Source: Cyclobacteriaceae bacterium (GTDB lineage Bacteria > Bacteroidota > Bacteroidia > Cytophagales > Cyclobacteriaceae). Taken from it: a DNA stretch of 38,949 bases. Positions 19,051 through 29,053 of this stretch are shown here, piece by piece. The stretch covers positions 1 through 38,949 of the forward strand of contig DASYTA010000270.1 of the NCBI GenBank assembly GCA_036002745.1, read 5' to 3'. Under the pieces are notes generated by a model that had not been told where the DNA came from, ran no database searches, and saw nothing but the letters and a program-made list of their open reading frames with translations. How positions within the stretch are numbered: position 1 is the first letter of the stretch; each line of letters starts with the position of its first letter. A program made the position numbers and the translations under genes.

Positions 19051-19419
19051 TTAAACAGTCTCTAACTTTTTATTTTTTATTATAGAATTCATTGCTTCAT
19101 CAATCTCTTTGTAGAAGGGCTCATTGGTGAGATGAACAACTGCACGTTTCAAAAGCTGCTGAAGAACGTTGTCGTATGAATTGAGGTCAACACTTCCATC
19201 TCTTATTTCCAACAGCTTATCTTTTGCCTTAAACAAAATGTCCCCGTCAATTCTTGCTTCAAACTTGTAGCTCAGATACGTCCCCAGATCGCTGATCAAC
19301 CTGGTAATAATTATAGAGCGATGCTCCTTAATAATGCCCTTCAATTCCGCCACCATTACGTCGGCACTGGTGTCGGCTATTTGTTTACTTCCAAGGAGGG
19401 CTGATTTGACTGTTTTCAT
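19051..19419 (-). CDS. Hypothetical protein (122 aa)
   Basis: ATG start just downstream of the putative SOS boxes; 17-bp gap to the next gene. Confidence 0.75.
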   Translation of the reverse strand: MKTVKSALLGSKQIADTSADVMVAELKGIIKEHRSIIITRLISDLGTYLSYKFEARIDGDILFKAKDKLLEIRDGSVDLNSYDNVLQQLLKRAVVHLTNEPFYKEIDEAMNSIIKNKKLETV

Positions 19420-19453
19420 GGGAGAGATTCAACAGTGCGAAGGTATAGAAAAA

Positions 19454-19486
19454 CTAAATTATTTAGTAAACTACTAAAATAAATAG
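19454..19486. promoter_or_regulatory. Tandem putative non-canonical LexA-type SOS boxes
   Basis: CTAA-ATTAT-TTAG (19454-19466) and one-mismatch CTAA-AATAA-ATAG (19474-19486), upstream of the imu-containing operon. Confidence 0.7.
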
Positions 19487-19563
19487 TTTATGTGCCGGAA
19501 TTGAACTAAAAACGATGATTTCTTTAGAGTGCAGTATCCTCAATTAGCATTTCCGGCGTCATA

Positions 19564-19917
19564 TTATAAGGTGATATCGTCACAACACTTTTGCTCTTGA
19601 TGATAAATTAAATGCATCCTAACCTCATTTTGTTTTCTGTCTTTTGTAAACATTAAAACCCTGACTTTGTCGAAGTTTAGAATTGTGACTTTAGAAGTCT
19701 TACACCAAATCACGTGTGGTTTGTCTTGAAAATATATGATGTACAAATTGTTGTTCAGATAATAAACCTTGTCGCATTTGCATGATGGTTGGCGTTCAAT
19801 TTTGCTTGGTTGACCAAGTATCAAAGCAACCCCATCTTGTGTTGCTCCTTCAATTTTCTGAAGGTCTACAGAATAATTTTGAAATATTAAGGTTATAGCA
19901 ACTATGAAGAACGTCAT
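19564..19917 (-). CDS. Hypothetical exported protein (117 aa)
   Basis: Hydrophobic N-terminus; ILGQPSKIE motif; Cys pairs. Confidence 0.55.
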   Translation of the reverse strand: MTFFIVAITLIFQNYSVDLQKIEGATQDGVALILGQPSKIERQPSCKCDKVYYLNNNLYIIYFQDKPHVIWCKTSKVTILNFDKVRVLMFTKDRKQNEVRMHLIYHQEQKCCDDITL

Positions 19918-20315
19918 TCGCTTCTTAAATTTAAGATTTGATACTTATCAAGGTTGAAGTAATCAAGACTACCAACTCAATTTACGTCGACCTCCAAATG
20001 GTTTCTGGAAATAGGCATCACTACTAATCTCAACAGCTTTTGAAAGTTCCATTTCAAATTGAGGTCCAAAGGTTAGGTTAGTATTTTCGATTGATGTAAG
20101 CTTGCCTGAACCGAGTGATTTAAATTGATTAATTCGCATGTGTGTGCAGGAACCATTGAAAATAAACTGAGAACGGTCACGGAAATAAAGGAAACATAGA
20201 AGCGAGACTCAAATTCATTTACGAAGTCAACAGATGTAAGGAGTTGGATAAACTGAAAGAGATAATGCCAAATTCATGGACAATCCTACGCTGCTTTTAA
20301 ATCAAGTCTATCTAG

Positions 20316-20762
20316 TCATTTATATTTTTGGAAGATATACGAAAAACATGGAGTAGCCGAAGTAAAAATCCCTTTCTGGTGTGCTTGATGATGTTTCTCG
20401 GGCAATTTCTTAAACAGGCTGTATCTTTTTTTATTTATTTTATTGACTGAGGTGTAATCGTAGATTGCGTCAACCATCATTATCACTTCAAGGTTACTGC
20501 AGTCTGTCGGCAGCTTAATATTTGTTATTTCCATTCCTATAAAAACAAACATTAACTCGTCAGTCCCTGTTGGAATATCAATTTTAAAATTTCCATTTAC
20601 GTCTGTAGTTCCCAGTACAACCTTGTCACCAGTTTGAATTTTTACTTCAGGCATAGCAGACAGGTCGGATTCACTAATAACTTTTCCTCTCAAGGACCTT
20701 GTTTGCCCATCGCATAAAAATGGGATCGAAAAGATTGTAAGGATGGCGAATAACGCTTTCAT
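20316..20762 (-). CDS. Secreted carboxypeptidase-regulatory-like domain protein; candidate immunity protein
   Basis: Signal peptide; GKVI...PEVKI...GTTDVNGNFKI...FIG pattern; 22 bp downstream of the toxin gene. Confidence 0.75.
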   Translation of the reverse strand: MKALFAILTIFSIPFLCDGQTRSLRGKVISESDLSAMPEVKIQTGDKVVLGTTDVNGNFKIDIPTGTDELMFVFIGMEITNIKLPTDCSNLEVIMMVDAIYDYTSVNKINKKRYSLFKKLPEKHHQAHQKGIFTSATPCFSYIFQKYK

Positions 20763-20784
20763 ATTCGTGTCAAATAGTTATTTG

Positions 20785-22809
20785 TTAATACTCGATTTCT
20801 GATGCCTTAGAATCTGTTGAAGATTGATTGGTAATTATAATAAACCTGAGAGATGGATTAATTTGTAACTGGCGTGCCTTATGAGCCATATCGCCGCCGG
20901 GTATACTCTGGCCGGAGGGGACTAGTCTGTCATTATCACCAAAGCGTGACAAGTGTGTATGGAAATCTGTGGTTATATCCATCGTACTGAAAAGGTCAGG
21001 TCTATTAAAACCAGAATTTTCTGTTTGAGCATCATTTTTACCGTATGCACCAATAAAGACGTTGCTTGTTGCAGTTTCACCTTTATTTGAAAGGTAGTAT
21101 CCACCCACTTCTTTGTCGACATAGTTTGATAATTTCAAAGCGAAGTCTCTTACACCAGCAAGACTTGGCTGACCACTTCCCCCAACCCCGATCACATTAC
21201 TTTTAGTCTGAAAATTCATGCCATTATTTAAAATTCCTTTTTCAATGCCTCCGATGGCAACTTTAGCTTCCCCTTTATGGGCTTTACTAACCAGGAACCC
21301 TAAGAAGCCTTCTCCCTTTTTTAAAACATTTCCGTTTTTGTCAGTTCTTACAATTCTATCCGGGTCTTTGTTCTTGTCTCCGACTTGAGTTATTTCCCCT
21401 GTCTTTTTGTTTAACGCAAAGTCTGTTAAGCCGCTGGGATCAACTCTATTTATCGGATTGTTTTGCACAAAATTATACGGGGTAACCCAATATCTTTTCT
21501 CGGCTGCAGGATCTATTTGCCAAAACCTTCCAATTGCAGGGTCATAAGATCTACTAATAACATCGTCAGAAAAATCGTCTTTCTCAGGTTCAATGAACTT
21601 TACAATCTTTCCCGTTAACCTGTTAATTTCAACTGTTCCAATTCTTGTTGTTTCTTCCTGGTCAAAAAACTCATAATTTTCTCCATCGCCAGCCGTTACC
21701 ATTTTAACTTTGTAATTGTAATTTTTGAACGGTTGTGGAGATTCATATTTATAGGGCTTTCGCGTTGTATCCTTTCTCACACGGTACAGCCAATTCAAAT
21801 ACATTTCTCTCGGCATTCTTCTGTAGCCGGCCTGGTGTATAGCGTAATAAGATTGCTCGAGCTGGGTGAACTCGTTCTTCATAACAGGGTCGTTCCAAAG
21901 TTTGCTAAAATGAACCACGCCTTTGTCTTTCATAGACCGTTCATATTGCTTTTTCAATAATTCCGCTCTCAATATCATCGCGTTGGGATAGTTGGTATAA
22001 TAGCTCAACGCTACGTCTAGCCATTTAACGGGAGTAGCAATGTCCATGTAACCGAATTTCTTGACATAGCCCTGAGCCAAGTCCGTGATGACATAAGAAA
22101 TCGTTTCTTTGGCCGACAGCGTGTCCATGTAAACCCCATCAGCAATAGCTTCTGTCTTAATATAACTATTGTGTTTTATTTCCGAATCAAACGGAAAACG
22201 CCCGGTTGTTAATTCTGTATTGTACCATCCGGTTTTATCACTCCATTGTTTAATGTATGTATGACTTGGTGTAATGGCTAACCAGGATTGTACACCGATT
22301 TCATCAGCAAGTATTTTATACAATGCAGGCAGACTATGGCAGTTACCAGTTTGTTCGTAAAGAAGTTTTGTCACAAACATTTTTGTCCAATCGTTTTCAC
22401 CAGTGAAATCATCCATATCATAAGTGAAGGGGACTTTTCTGAAACTCACTTTTTTATCAGGGCTCTGAAATTGCAACGAATCTTTCATTACCTTATAAAT
22501 AGCTCCTGCCAACAAAACCGCGTTGCGATCATTTTTATTGTAATCAAGACCGTCCATCGCTGCAACTGCCTTTGTCAGTTTGATCAACGCTTCAATCTGA
22601 AAAGTAAAATCTTCATAGCTTAACAAGTTTTCCGTGTACGCATTTTCAGTTATAAAAACTGCTCTTTTAAAAGACAATGGTTTCTCGTTTCTCAACATCT
22701 GATTGAGTTCATCAAACGCCAGGTCATAATAAACTTTTGCGCCTATGTCTTGTCCGAAAGAACTAATTGCCACGCTGGCAAATAGTAAGTGTAGAAGCAT
22801 TTTGTTCAT
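20785..22809 (-). CDS. Secreted transglutaminase-like (SirB1-type) + RHS core + JAB-like toxin fusion
   Basis: Signal peptide; TGNCHSLP..H.Y..WYNTELT; YDPAIGRFWQIDP...PYNFVQNNPINRVDPSG; C-terminal EVGGY...HTH...PS...D. Confidence 0.8.
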   Translation of the reverse strand: MNKMLLHLLFASVAISSFGQDIGAKVYYDLAFDELNQMLRNEKPLSFKRAVFITENAYTENLLSYEDFTFQIEALIKLTKAVAAMDGLDYNKNDRNAVLLAGAIYKVMKDSLQFQSPDKKVSFRKVPFTYDMDDFTGENDWTKMFVTKLLYEQTGNCHSLPALYKILADEIGVQSWLAITPSHTYIKQWSDKTGWYNTELTTGRFPFDSEIKHNSYIKTEAIADGVYMDTLSAKETISYVITDLAQGYVKKFGYMDIATPVKWLDVALSYYTNYPNAMILRAELLKKQYERSMKDKGVVHFSKLWNDPVMKNEFTQLEQSYYAIHQAGYRRMPREMYLNWLYRVRKDTTRKPYKYESPQPFKNYNYKVKMVTAGDGENYEFFDQEETTRIGTVEINRLTGKIVKFIEPEKDDFSDDVISRSYDPAIGRFWQIDPAAEKRYWVTPYNFVQNNPINRVDPSGLTDFALNKKTGEITQVGDKNKDPDRIVRTDKNGNVLKKGEGFLGFLVSKAHKGEAKVAIGGIEKGILNNGMNFQTKSNVIGVGGSGQPSLAGVRDFALKLSNYVDKEVGGYYLSNKGETATSNVFIGAYGKNDAQTENSGFNRPDLFSTMDITTDFHTHLSRFGDNDRLVPSGQSIPGGDMAHKARQLQINPSLRFIIITNQSSTDSKASEIEY

Positions 22810-22837
22810 AACCGATGCAATTAATTATTGATGATTT

Positions 22838-24487
22838 CTATTTATGTCTATTCAATTGAAGTTCGAGTTGCCGTCTCCTTATAATGTGTTGCCCTTTATT
22901 TGCCAGGTTGTTCATGCCCTCAAGCCATTTTTTGTAGGCCCAGTCCGGCATTTCCTTCCAGCCTAAGTCCCTTTTTACGTATGAAACTGCCGCTTCCGCT
23001 TTTTGTTTTATCGTTCGTGCTTGCTCATCGTTGTTAAATTTATCTTTAGGCATTTGGAATGATTCATACTGTCGCACAATATTATTCCACAGATCATTGT
23101 AGTAGCCTGCGTAAATCATATTTGCAGTTAAGTTCCTTGGAAAATATTGCTTTGCCGTTGTAGCCATTTGTAATACGCGATCATCTGTTCCAATTGTCTT
23201 CACGTAGGATAGGGCTAATGTAGTCATTAAGTATGCAATGGTTTCTTTCTCTGTTGATGGTCTCAAATAAATCCCGCTCTTTACTTGTTCAGTCGTTATA
23301 AAACCACTTTGCCAATGATAGTCGGTAGCGATAAACATCCTTGCAGTCAATTCTATGTTTTGCCAGTTTCCGAGATTGTCTTTGAAGGTAACATAAGAAT
23401 GTTGCGGGGCGAAAGCGATGTAAACGTCAGCCCTGAACATTTTTGCATACATATAATAGAGCATCGGCAAACTCATGCATTGGCCGCTACCAGTGCGCAG
23501 CAGTTTGCTTACAAAAACTTTTGTGATGTCTTTCTTCCCAGCATAATCCTCGTAGTCATAAAGCATCGGCTTTGACACAATGTTTCTCTCTTTCGCCTTA
23601 ATGTAAACTTTTGTGGTGTCTGTCATGTATTTGAAAATTGACATGACTTTGGAAAGATTGTCATCGAGGCTCACTTTGTCCTGGAGCATTAAGGCGGAAA
23701 TTACTTCGACACCATCCTGAAACATTCCGTTGAATTCTTTCCATGTCAATGTTTGGTCGTGTGCACTCTCCACCAACCAGGCTGCCTTTACAAAATCAAT
23801 CGGCTGCCTTCCATCTAGCATTGATTCAAGTTCATTGTATGATTTTACAAACCTGTCAGCTTTTAAACCATTGTGGATACCGAGTGTATAGTTGATTGTC
23901 GGTGTAAATAGTTCCTGATTGGCCACATTGAGAATTTGTTGTGATCGTACATTGTTTTGTTCGTAGGCTCTCAGGTCGGCGTCAATCATCATCTGGTTTC
24001 TTTGCTCGATTGATAGGCCATTTTCGTAAAGGCTTTTTGGTATTCCATAATTTATTTGTTGGGTTGGTGTGGCGATGGAACTGTTAAACTCAACCTCAGC
24101 TTGGTTTGTGAAAGCGGTATTTGGGTTCGGAATCTTTTTCTCATTCATCAGCTGCTGACCAAAATCATTCTGATTTTGGTATTTATAAAGTTCAGGATAT
24201 AACTCTTGACTTGTTTTGGTTTTTGGGGCTTTAAATAGTTCCTGTCGTTTTTGTTCTTCAGTCAGGTAAGGCCGGTAATTGTCGTTAATGAGCAAGTTAG
24301 GTATCACTTGGCCGTTCACATCCGTTTTAATCAGAAACAGAAATACCAACTGTATCCAGCCTATCGTTTTGAAGCTCTCGGCCGAGAGCAAGTGTATTGC
24401 ATTATTATGGGGTTGTAAGCAGACAGTTGTTGCACTCTTGTTTAAAGCGTATTGTGCGGTGATGAGAAATAGTATTATGTAGACCAT
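22838..24487 (-). CDS. Transglutaminase-like (SirB1-type) protein, paralogue of the downstream gene's N-terminus
   Basis: FVSKLLRTGSGQCMSLP..APQHSY..WQNIELT parallels FVTKLLYEQTGNCHSLP..TPSHTY..WYNTELT; start uncertain. Confidence 0.75.
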   Translation of the reverse strand: MVYIILFLITAQYALNKSATTVCLQPHNNAIHLLSAESFKTIGWIQLVFLFLIKTDVNGQVIPNLLINDNYRPYLTEEQKRQELFKAPKTKTSQELYPELYKYQNQNDFGQQLMNEKKIPNPNTAFTNQAEVEFNSSIATPTQQINYGIPKSLYENGLSIEQRNQMMIDADLRAYEQNNVRSQQILNVANQELFTPTINYTLGIHNGLKADRFVKSYNELESMLDGRQPIDFVKAAWLVESAHDQTLTWKEFNGMFQDGVEVISALMLQDKVSLDDNLSKVMSIFKYMTDTTKVYIKAKERNIVSKPMLYDYEDYAGKKDITKVFVSKLLRTGSGQCMSLPMLYYMYAKMFRADVYIAFAPQHSYVTFKDNLGNWQNIELTARMFIATDYHWQSGFITTEQVKSGIYLRPSTEKETIAYLMTTLALSYVKTIGTDDRVLQMATTAKQYFPRNLTANMIYAGYYNDLWNNIVRQYESFQMPKDKFNNDEQARTIKQKAEAAVSYVKRDLGWKEMPDWAYKKWLEGMNNLANKGQHIIRRRQLELQLNRHK

Positions 24488-24847
24488 TTAGAAGTCAGTA
24501 TGTCTTATTTTTCGTGAGTAGCCAGCAAGCCCATTGTCTTGAGGTTACTCCTCTTATGGCCAACTTTTGGAATTTACCTACCTTATTGCAAATACAATGT
24601 AGGTATCTAAATTCATCATAGAGAATCGTTTAATTTAAAAATAAAGGCCCAAAAGCCCGCCTCGTTAAAAGGCTTATTAAATACCTCCGGGATGTTAGCT
24701 TAATTTTCCCATTCTGTAATTTTACAATTCCAGTCCAAGCAAGTCAATAAAAAGCTGATAATCCGTCTGATCATTATCTTCTGACGGTAAGTTTATATTA
24801 AGAAATAATCCCAATAGCAAAGCAATATCAAATCATTTAAGCAATCA

Positions 24848-24914
24848 ACGGGATTTTCCCCGGGGTCCATTCCTTTTCTTTCGGAGGGAATACTATCCAC
24901 GGGAAAATCCCCGT
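24848..24914. promoter_or_regulatory. Two ACGGG-N6-CCCG(T) palindromes
   Basis: ACGGGATTTTCCCCGG (24848-24863) and ACGGGAAAATCCCCGT (24899-24914), upstream of the S1/P1 nuclease. Confidence 0.55.
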
Positions 24915-24989
24915 AGCATTGAATACTGTGCAAGACGTACCTTACAGGTTAAATTCAAGCTCTCGTTTTGTTATACAACCCTCGATATT

Positions 24990-25916
24990 ATGAAACCTGC
25001 TTTGATTAAAATCGCATTTCTAATTTTACTTTTCCCATTTCAAAATCTTAAGGCTTGGGATCACGGCGGGCACATGTGCGTAGCTGCTATTGCTTACACC
25101 AACTTGAAAACTCACAATCCGACTCTTATTCCTAAAATTGTTTCAATCTTAAAGAAGCATCCGGACTATACGTCGGAATGGAAAGCGCATATCGACGCGT
25201 CCGGATCGGATAAAGACTTAGTACTTTTCATGCTTGCAGCGCGTTGGCCCGATGATATCAAATCATGGTACGCAAAAAATAATGCTGGTGAAATTCACAG
25301 ACCTTGGCATTACGTTAACCTGCCAATATCTTTTGACGGAACAAAAGGTCCTCAACCAAAGGAAGGAGATCAGGACATTTATCAAGCTTTCAAAACTCAT
25401 TTAGATGTTTTAGGGTCAAGTGCGACGGATGAAAAAAAAGCGATAGCACTATGCTGGGTTTTTCATCTACTTGGTGATGTTCATCAACCGTTACATAATG
25501 TTGCCTTATTCTCGAAAACCTTTTTGAAAGGCGATAAAGGTGGAAATAATTTTACCCTTCTTGGCACACCCAATGAACTGCATGCATTTTGGGATGACAC
25601 TTTTCTCCCCAACGGATCCAACATTGCAAATTTAGATGGTCAGTGGCTAGCGAAAGTTAAGACCGCCTACAATGATGCGATGAACAACAATAAAGTCACT
25701 TATGATCCTAACTATAGCTTTGATTATAAGAAAGTGTCTAATGATGGAAAAGCGTTAGCCCAAAATTCAGTATATCAATTTTCGGGAAAAAAATTAGTTC
25801 CGGACAATGCGGTTCCTGCTGGATACAAAGACGCGGTTAGGAAAATATCAAGTAAACAAATTGTTTTAGCTGGCACACGGTTAGCTGAAGTCTTATCCCA
25901 AAAGGTTAAGAAGTAA
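24990..25916 (+). CDS. S1/P1 nuclease, secreted
   Basis: Signal peptide then WDHGGH, WPDD, WHYVN, HLLGDVHQPLH, LHAFWD zinc-ligand motifs. Confidence 0.95.
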   Translation: MKPALIKIAFLILLFPFQNLKAWDHGGHMCVAAIAYTNLKTHNPTLIPKIVSILKKHPDYTSEWKAHIDASGSDKDLVLFMLAARWPDDIKSWYAKNNAGEIHRPWHYVNLPISFDGTKGPQPKEGDQDIYQAFKTHLDVLGSSATDEKKAIALCWVFHLLGDVHQPLHNVALFSKTFLKGDKGGNNFTLLGTPNELHAFWDDTFLPNGSNIANLDGQWLAKVKTAYNDAMNNNKVTYDPNYSFDYKKVSNDGKALAQNSVYQFSGKKLVPDNAVPAGYKDAVRKISSKQIVLAGTRLAEVLSQKVKK

Positions 25917-25982
25917 GTCTTGATAATTCGAGGAGATCGAGGTTGATCGCTTAAGAAATGAAGTCAACAAAAATGTAATAAG

Positions 25983-27953
25983 ATGATCTTGCACTATGTA
26001 TATATTTTAGACTATGAAGGTGTTTTTATCAACATAGGATTCAACCTTGGCGGTGCATATCGATTTAAATATGACATTAACTCTAAGCATCTAGAAGTTA
26101 CAGAAAATCCATTTTATACAAAAGATTTTTTTAACCTACTTGATTCAACTGAAAACGGTAACGCTGCTATTGGGAATGTGAGTGGAATCATTGGCGGGAA
26201 TGGTTCTGGAAAATCTAGTTTTCTCGCTTTTATGAAGACAAATTTCGTGCGCGGAATGTCTGGGATGGTGTACCCAGTGATTGTTGCCCTTACGACTGAT
26301 GATGGGGAACTGAAACTTTACCATGATAGAGGTATTCCAATCGAAAATAATTCAGGAGATTTTTTAGGGTTTGAAATCATTGAGACATCTTCTAATGCAA
26401 CGAAGCATGTGATTCCTGGTGCAGGTGTCATTAATATTTCAAATCGATCAGAGATTGATGAACTAGTAGAGACGGACTTCGTCTTTCTCTCAAATGTTTT
26501 TGACAATGTTGTGCAATATGAATTTCAGGGGCTGCACAATTTATCAACTGATTTTTTGCTAAAAAATGATTTGAAAGCAAAAGCGGAATTGATTAACACC
26601 TGGGGGATTAATTTGATGGCAGCAAATTCCGAGATTGATTTTCATAAATTTCAAGATCTTCACCGTCAACTCGAATTTATAAATGCAAACAAAATGAGGG
26701 AAAACGTTCCCTTCGATTTACCCAATAAGGTAATTGTTTCAATCGGAAAGGATTTATTGTTCAGCAAGGACAGTGAGATTGGATTACAGGCAGAGTCAAT
26801 GTTAAATGCGTATGAATATCAAGATTTTATTCGCCGGTTCAAATCCTACGCCCAACTTCAGCTTGACAAAAATGATTTCAAATCAAGAGGGGTAATTTAT
26901 ATAACTGCAAATGCATTGCTGAATTATTTTTATGAGATAGCAATCTTTACCAGGTATTATAGAATTTCTGGTTTAGATGATTTTAAAATCGAATCTTTCC
27001 AAAATTATCAGCAAGCTTTTGATAATTTAATCCAATTTTTGGTGACTGATCTCGAAAATTTCAAGCGCGTCAGTGATAAAGATAGGTTTGCCTATGAACC
27101 TTACGGGAAAGATCTAGACCAGCTAAAGGGTCTTAAGGAATTGTTAGATTTTTTATTGCTAAATCTCTCAAAACAAAATGTTGGCGAAAGAGGAAATAAT
27201 TTTCTAATTGAAGGTAGCGTAAAGTACATAGATGAGTTCTTCTCAATCTACAGGCGGACGTACAGATATGATTCATACCTAAATTTCACATGGTATGACT
27301 TGAGTTCTGGGCAAAAAGCTTTTTTAAATATTTATGCACGGCTTTACTCATTGAGTGATCAAATTATCTCTCAAAGGGGTGCCAACCTAATACTCAAAAA
27401 AAATATAATCGTGCTCGTCGATGAAGGAGAGGCTTTTCTTCACCCGAATTGGCAGAAATCATTTCTGACAAATTTATTAGAATTCCTCCAGTCCAATTTT
27501 AGATCTGTGAACTTTACACGGAGCATACAGTGCATACTGACTTCAAATTCACCTTTCCTTGCATCGGATTTACCTAGCTCTAATGTGTGTTTTCTGAAAA
27601 AAGATAAACAAGGTGTAACTAAGATTCATGATAGTTTGGAGGACAGGAAACAGACATTTGCCGCAAACATTCATTCTTTATTAACCGATGCCTTTTTTAT
27701 GGAGCAGGGAACAATTGGAGAGTTCGCAAAAAGAAAAATAAACAAGGTGATTGAGTTGCTACAAAAGAAACAAAGCACGATCGAAAGCAATAGAGAACTG
27801 ATTGAGAATACAATTAATATGATTGGTGAGCCGGTTATTAAGTCAAAGCTTACTCAGATGTTAGCAGAGCGAATTTCAGTTGACTACATTAATTTGGGCA
27901 ATCGCATAAGGTCTCTGGAAGAGGATGTTAAAGAGCTTAAAAAGAAGCAATAG
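25983..27953 (+). CDS. ABC-type ATPase, Septu PtuA-like
   Basis: GGNGSGKS, LSSGQ signature, LVDEGEAFLHPNWQ, TSNSPF..SDLP, TFAANI, IGEFA; followed by an HNH gene. Confidence 0.85.
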   Translation: MILHYVYILDYEGVFINIGFNLGGAYRFKYDINSKHLEVTENPFYTKDFFNLLDSTENGNAAIGNVSGIIGGNGSGKSSFLAFMKTNFVRGMSGMVYPVIVALTTDDGELKLYHDRGIPIENNSGDFLGFEIIETSSNATKHVIPGAGVINISNRSEIDELVETDFVFLSNVFDNVVQYEFQGLHNLSTDFLLKNDLKAKAELINTWGINLMAANSEIDFHKFQDLHRQLEFINANKMRENVPFDLPNKVIVSIGKDLLFSKDSEIGLQAESMLNAYEYQDFIRRFKSYAQLQLDKNDFKSRGVIYITANALLNYFYEIAIFTRYYRISGLDDFKIESFQNYQQAFDNLIQFLVTDLENFKRVSDKDRFAYEPYGKDLDQLKGLKELLDFLLLNLSKQNVGERGNNFLIEGSVKYIDEFFSIYRRTYRYDSYLNFTWYDLSSGQKAFLNIYARLYSLSDQIISQRGANLILKKNIIVLVDEGEAFLHPNWQKSFLTNLLEFLQSNFRSVNFTRSIQCILTSNSPFLASDLPSSNVCFLKKDKQGVTKIHDSLEDRKQTFAANIHSLLTDAFFMEQGTIGEFAKRKINKVIELLQKKQSTIESNRELIENTINMIGEPVIKSKLTQMLAERISVDYINLGNRIRSLEEDVKELKKKQ

Positions 27954-29046
27954 AAGTATGTTTTTATACAAAAGTGGCCCTGGAGGAAATTTTGATCAAC
28001 TGGCGAAAATACATTTCGATCAACTTAAAGGGATTCGAATTTTTAAGAACGGCGGCAGTGGCCACTATGCTTTTTCAATCATTAAAAAAATCGACAATAA
28101 TAGTAAAGCAAGGCGGATTGGAAGAGAATTTTTCATGGACCTGCAGCGTGATAACTACAAGTTGGCATTGGAGATCATATCGGGAAAGCCTAAGCGTCTA
28201 GCAGAAATTGTTGAGAGCATTAATCAAAATATTGCGTCAAGTAGATATCCTGAAATTTTTAGAATATCACGAAAGGGCGTCTCGCTAACGAAGTTCGGCC
28301 AAAAGGTCGAAAGTACGTTTGACTACGGTACCTTTTCAAATAAGAATACTCCAAATTGGAATGCCTACCTGCTTGCAGATTTAGTTGGAATCAATGTGTG
28401 CCCTTATTGCAACCGAGGGTACACTTTTACAGCTAAGAATACTAACGAGAAAATTGTTCGACCCGAGTTTGATCATTTCTATTCGAGAGAAAAACATCCC
28501 TACCTTAGTCTATCTTTCTATAATCTTATTCCATCTTGTCACATTTGCAACTCCAATCTTAAACATAAAGTTGAGTTCTCGGTAGATACCCACTTACACC
28601 CTTATGAGGAAAGCCTTGATGAGTTGGTGAGATTTAGCGTGCGCCTCAAAAAGAAAAATACTGGTTCGTTAGTTGATGAAAAAAAGTCATTTGGTGAAAG
28701 TTTTTTTTATGGGGATTTAGGCAGCTTCGATTTAGTCCTGCGAGCTGCGAAAAGAGGGATTAATCGTAAAACTCTTAAACGCGCAATGAGAAGTGTACGA
28801 ACGTTTAGAATTCGAGAGCTGTATCAAAAACATAAGGACATGGTAATCGATATGATTTTGAATACTATTGTGTATGACGACAGCCAACTAAACTCTCTTC
28901 TCAACAACTACGGCAATTTATTTCGGGATCGGAACGATGTATTAAGGCACATAACAAAAAATTATGTAGGTCTTTCGGAAATGCCTAACAGGACATTCTC
29001 CAAGTTAGCAAAAGACATTCATACCGAATTTGGCCTAATTTATTGA
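27925..29046 (+). CDS. HNH endonuclease, Septu PtuB-like (probable ATG at 27958)
   Basis: CPYCN, EFDHFY, NLIPSCHICNS.LK, HPY motifs. Confidence 0.87.
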   Translation: MLKSLKRSNRSMFLYKSGPGGNFDQLAKIHFDQLKGIRIFKNGGSGHYAFSIIKKIDNNSKARRIGREFFMDLQRDNYKLALEIISGKPKRLAEIVESINQNIASSRYPEIFRISRKGVSLTKFGQKVESTFDYGTFSNKNTPNWNAYLLADLVGINVCPYCNRGYTFTAKNTNEKIVRPEFDHFYSREKHPYLSLSFYNLIPSCHICNSNLKHKVEFSVDTHLHPYEESLDELVRFSVRLKKKNTGSLVDEKKSFGESFFYGDLGSFDLVLRAAKRGINRKTLKRAMRSVRTFRIRELYQKHKDMVIDMILNTIVYDDSQLNSLLNNYGNLFRDRNDVLRHITKNYVGLSEMPNRTFSKLAKDIHTEFGLIY

Positions 29047-29053
29047 ATCCCAT

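Noticed and set aside
19969-20139. 56-aa minus-strand ORF, possibly an orphan toxin or immunity remnant
   Set aside because: Short, with no recognisable motif; insufficient support.
24488-24989. Retron msr-msd or other ncRNA (hairpins near 24575-24605 and 24764-24788)
   Set aside because: No reverse transcriptase in the window, and the hairpins are too weak to call an RNA gene.
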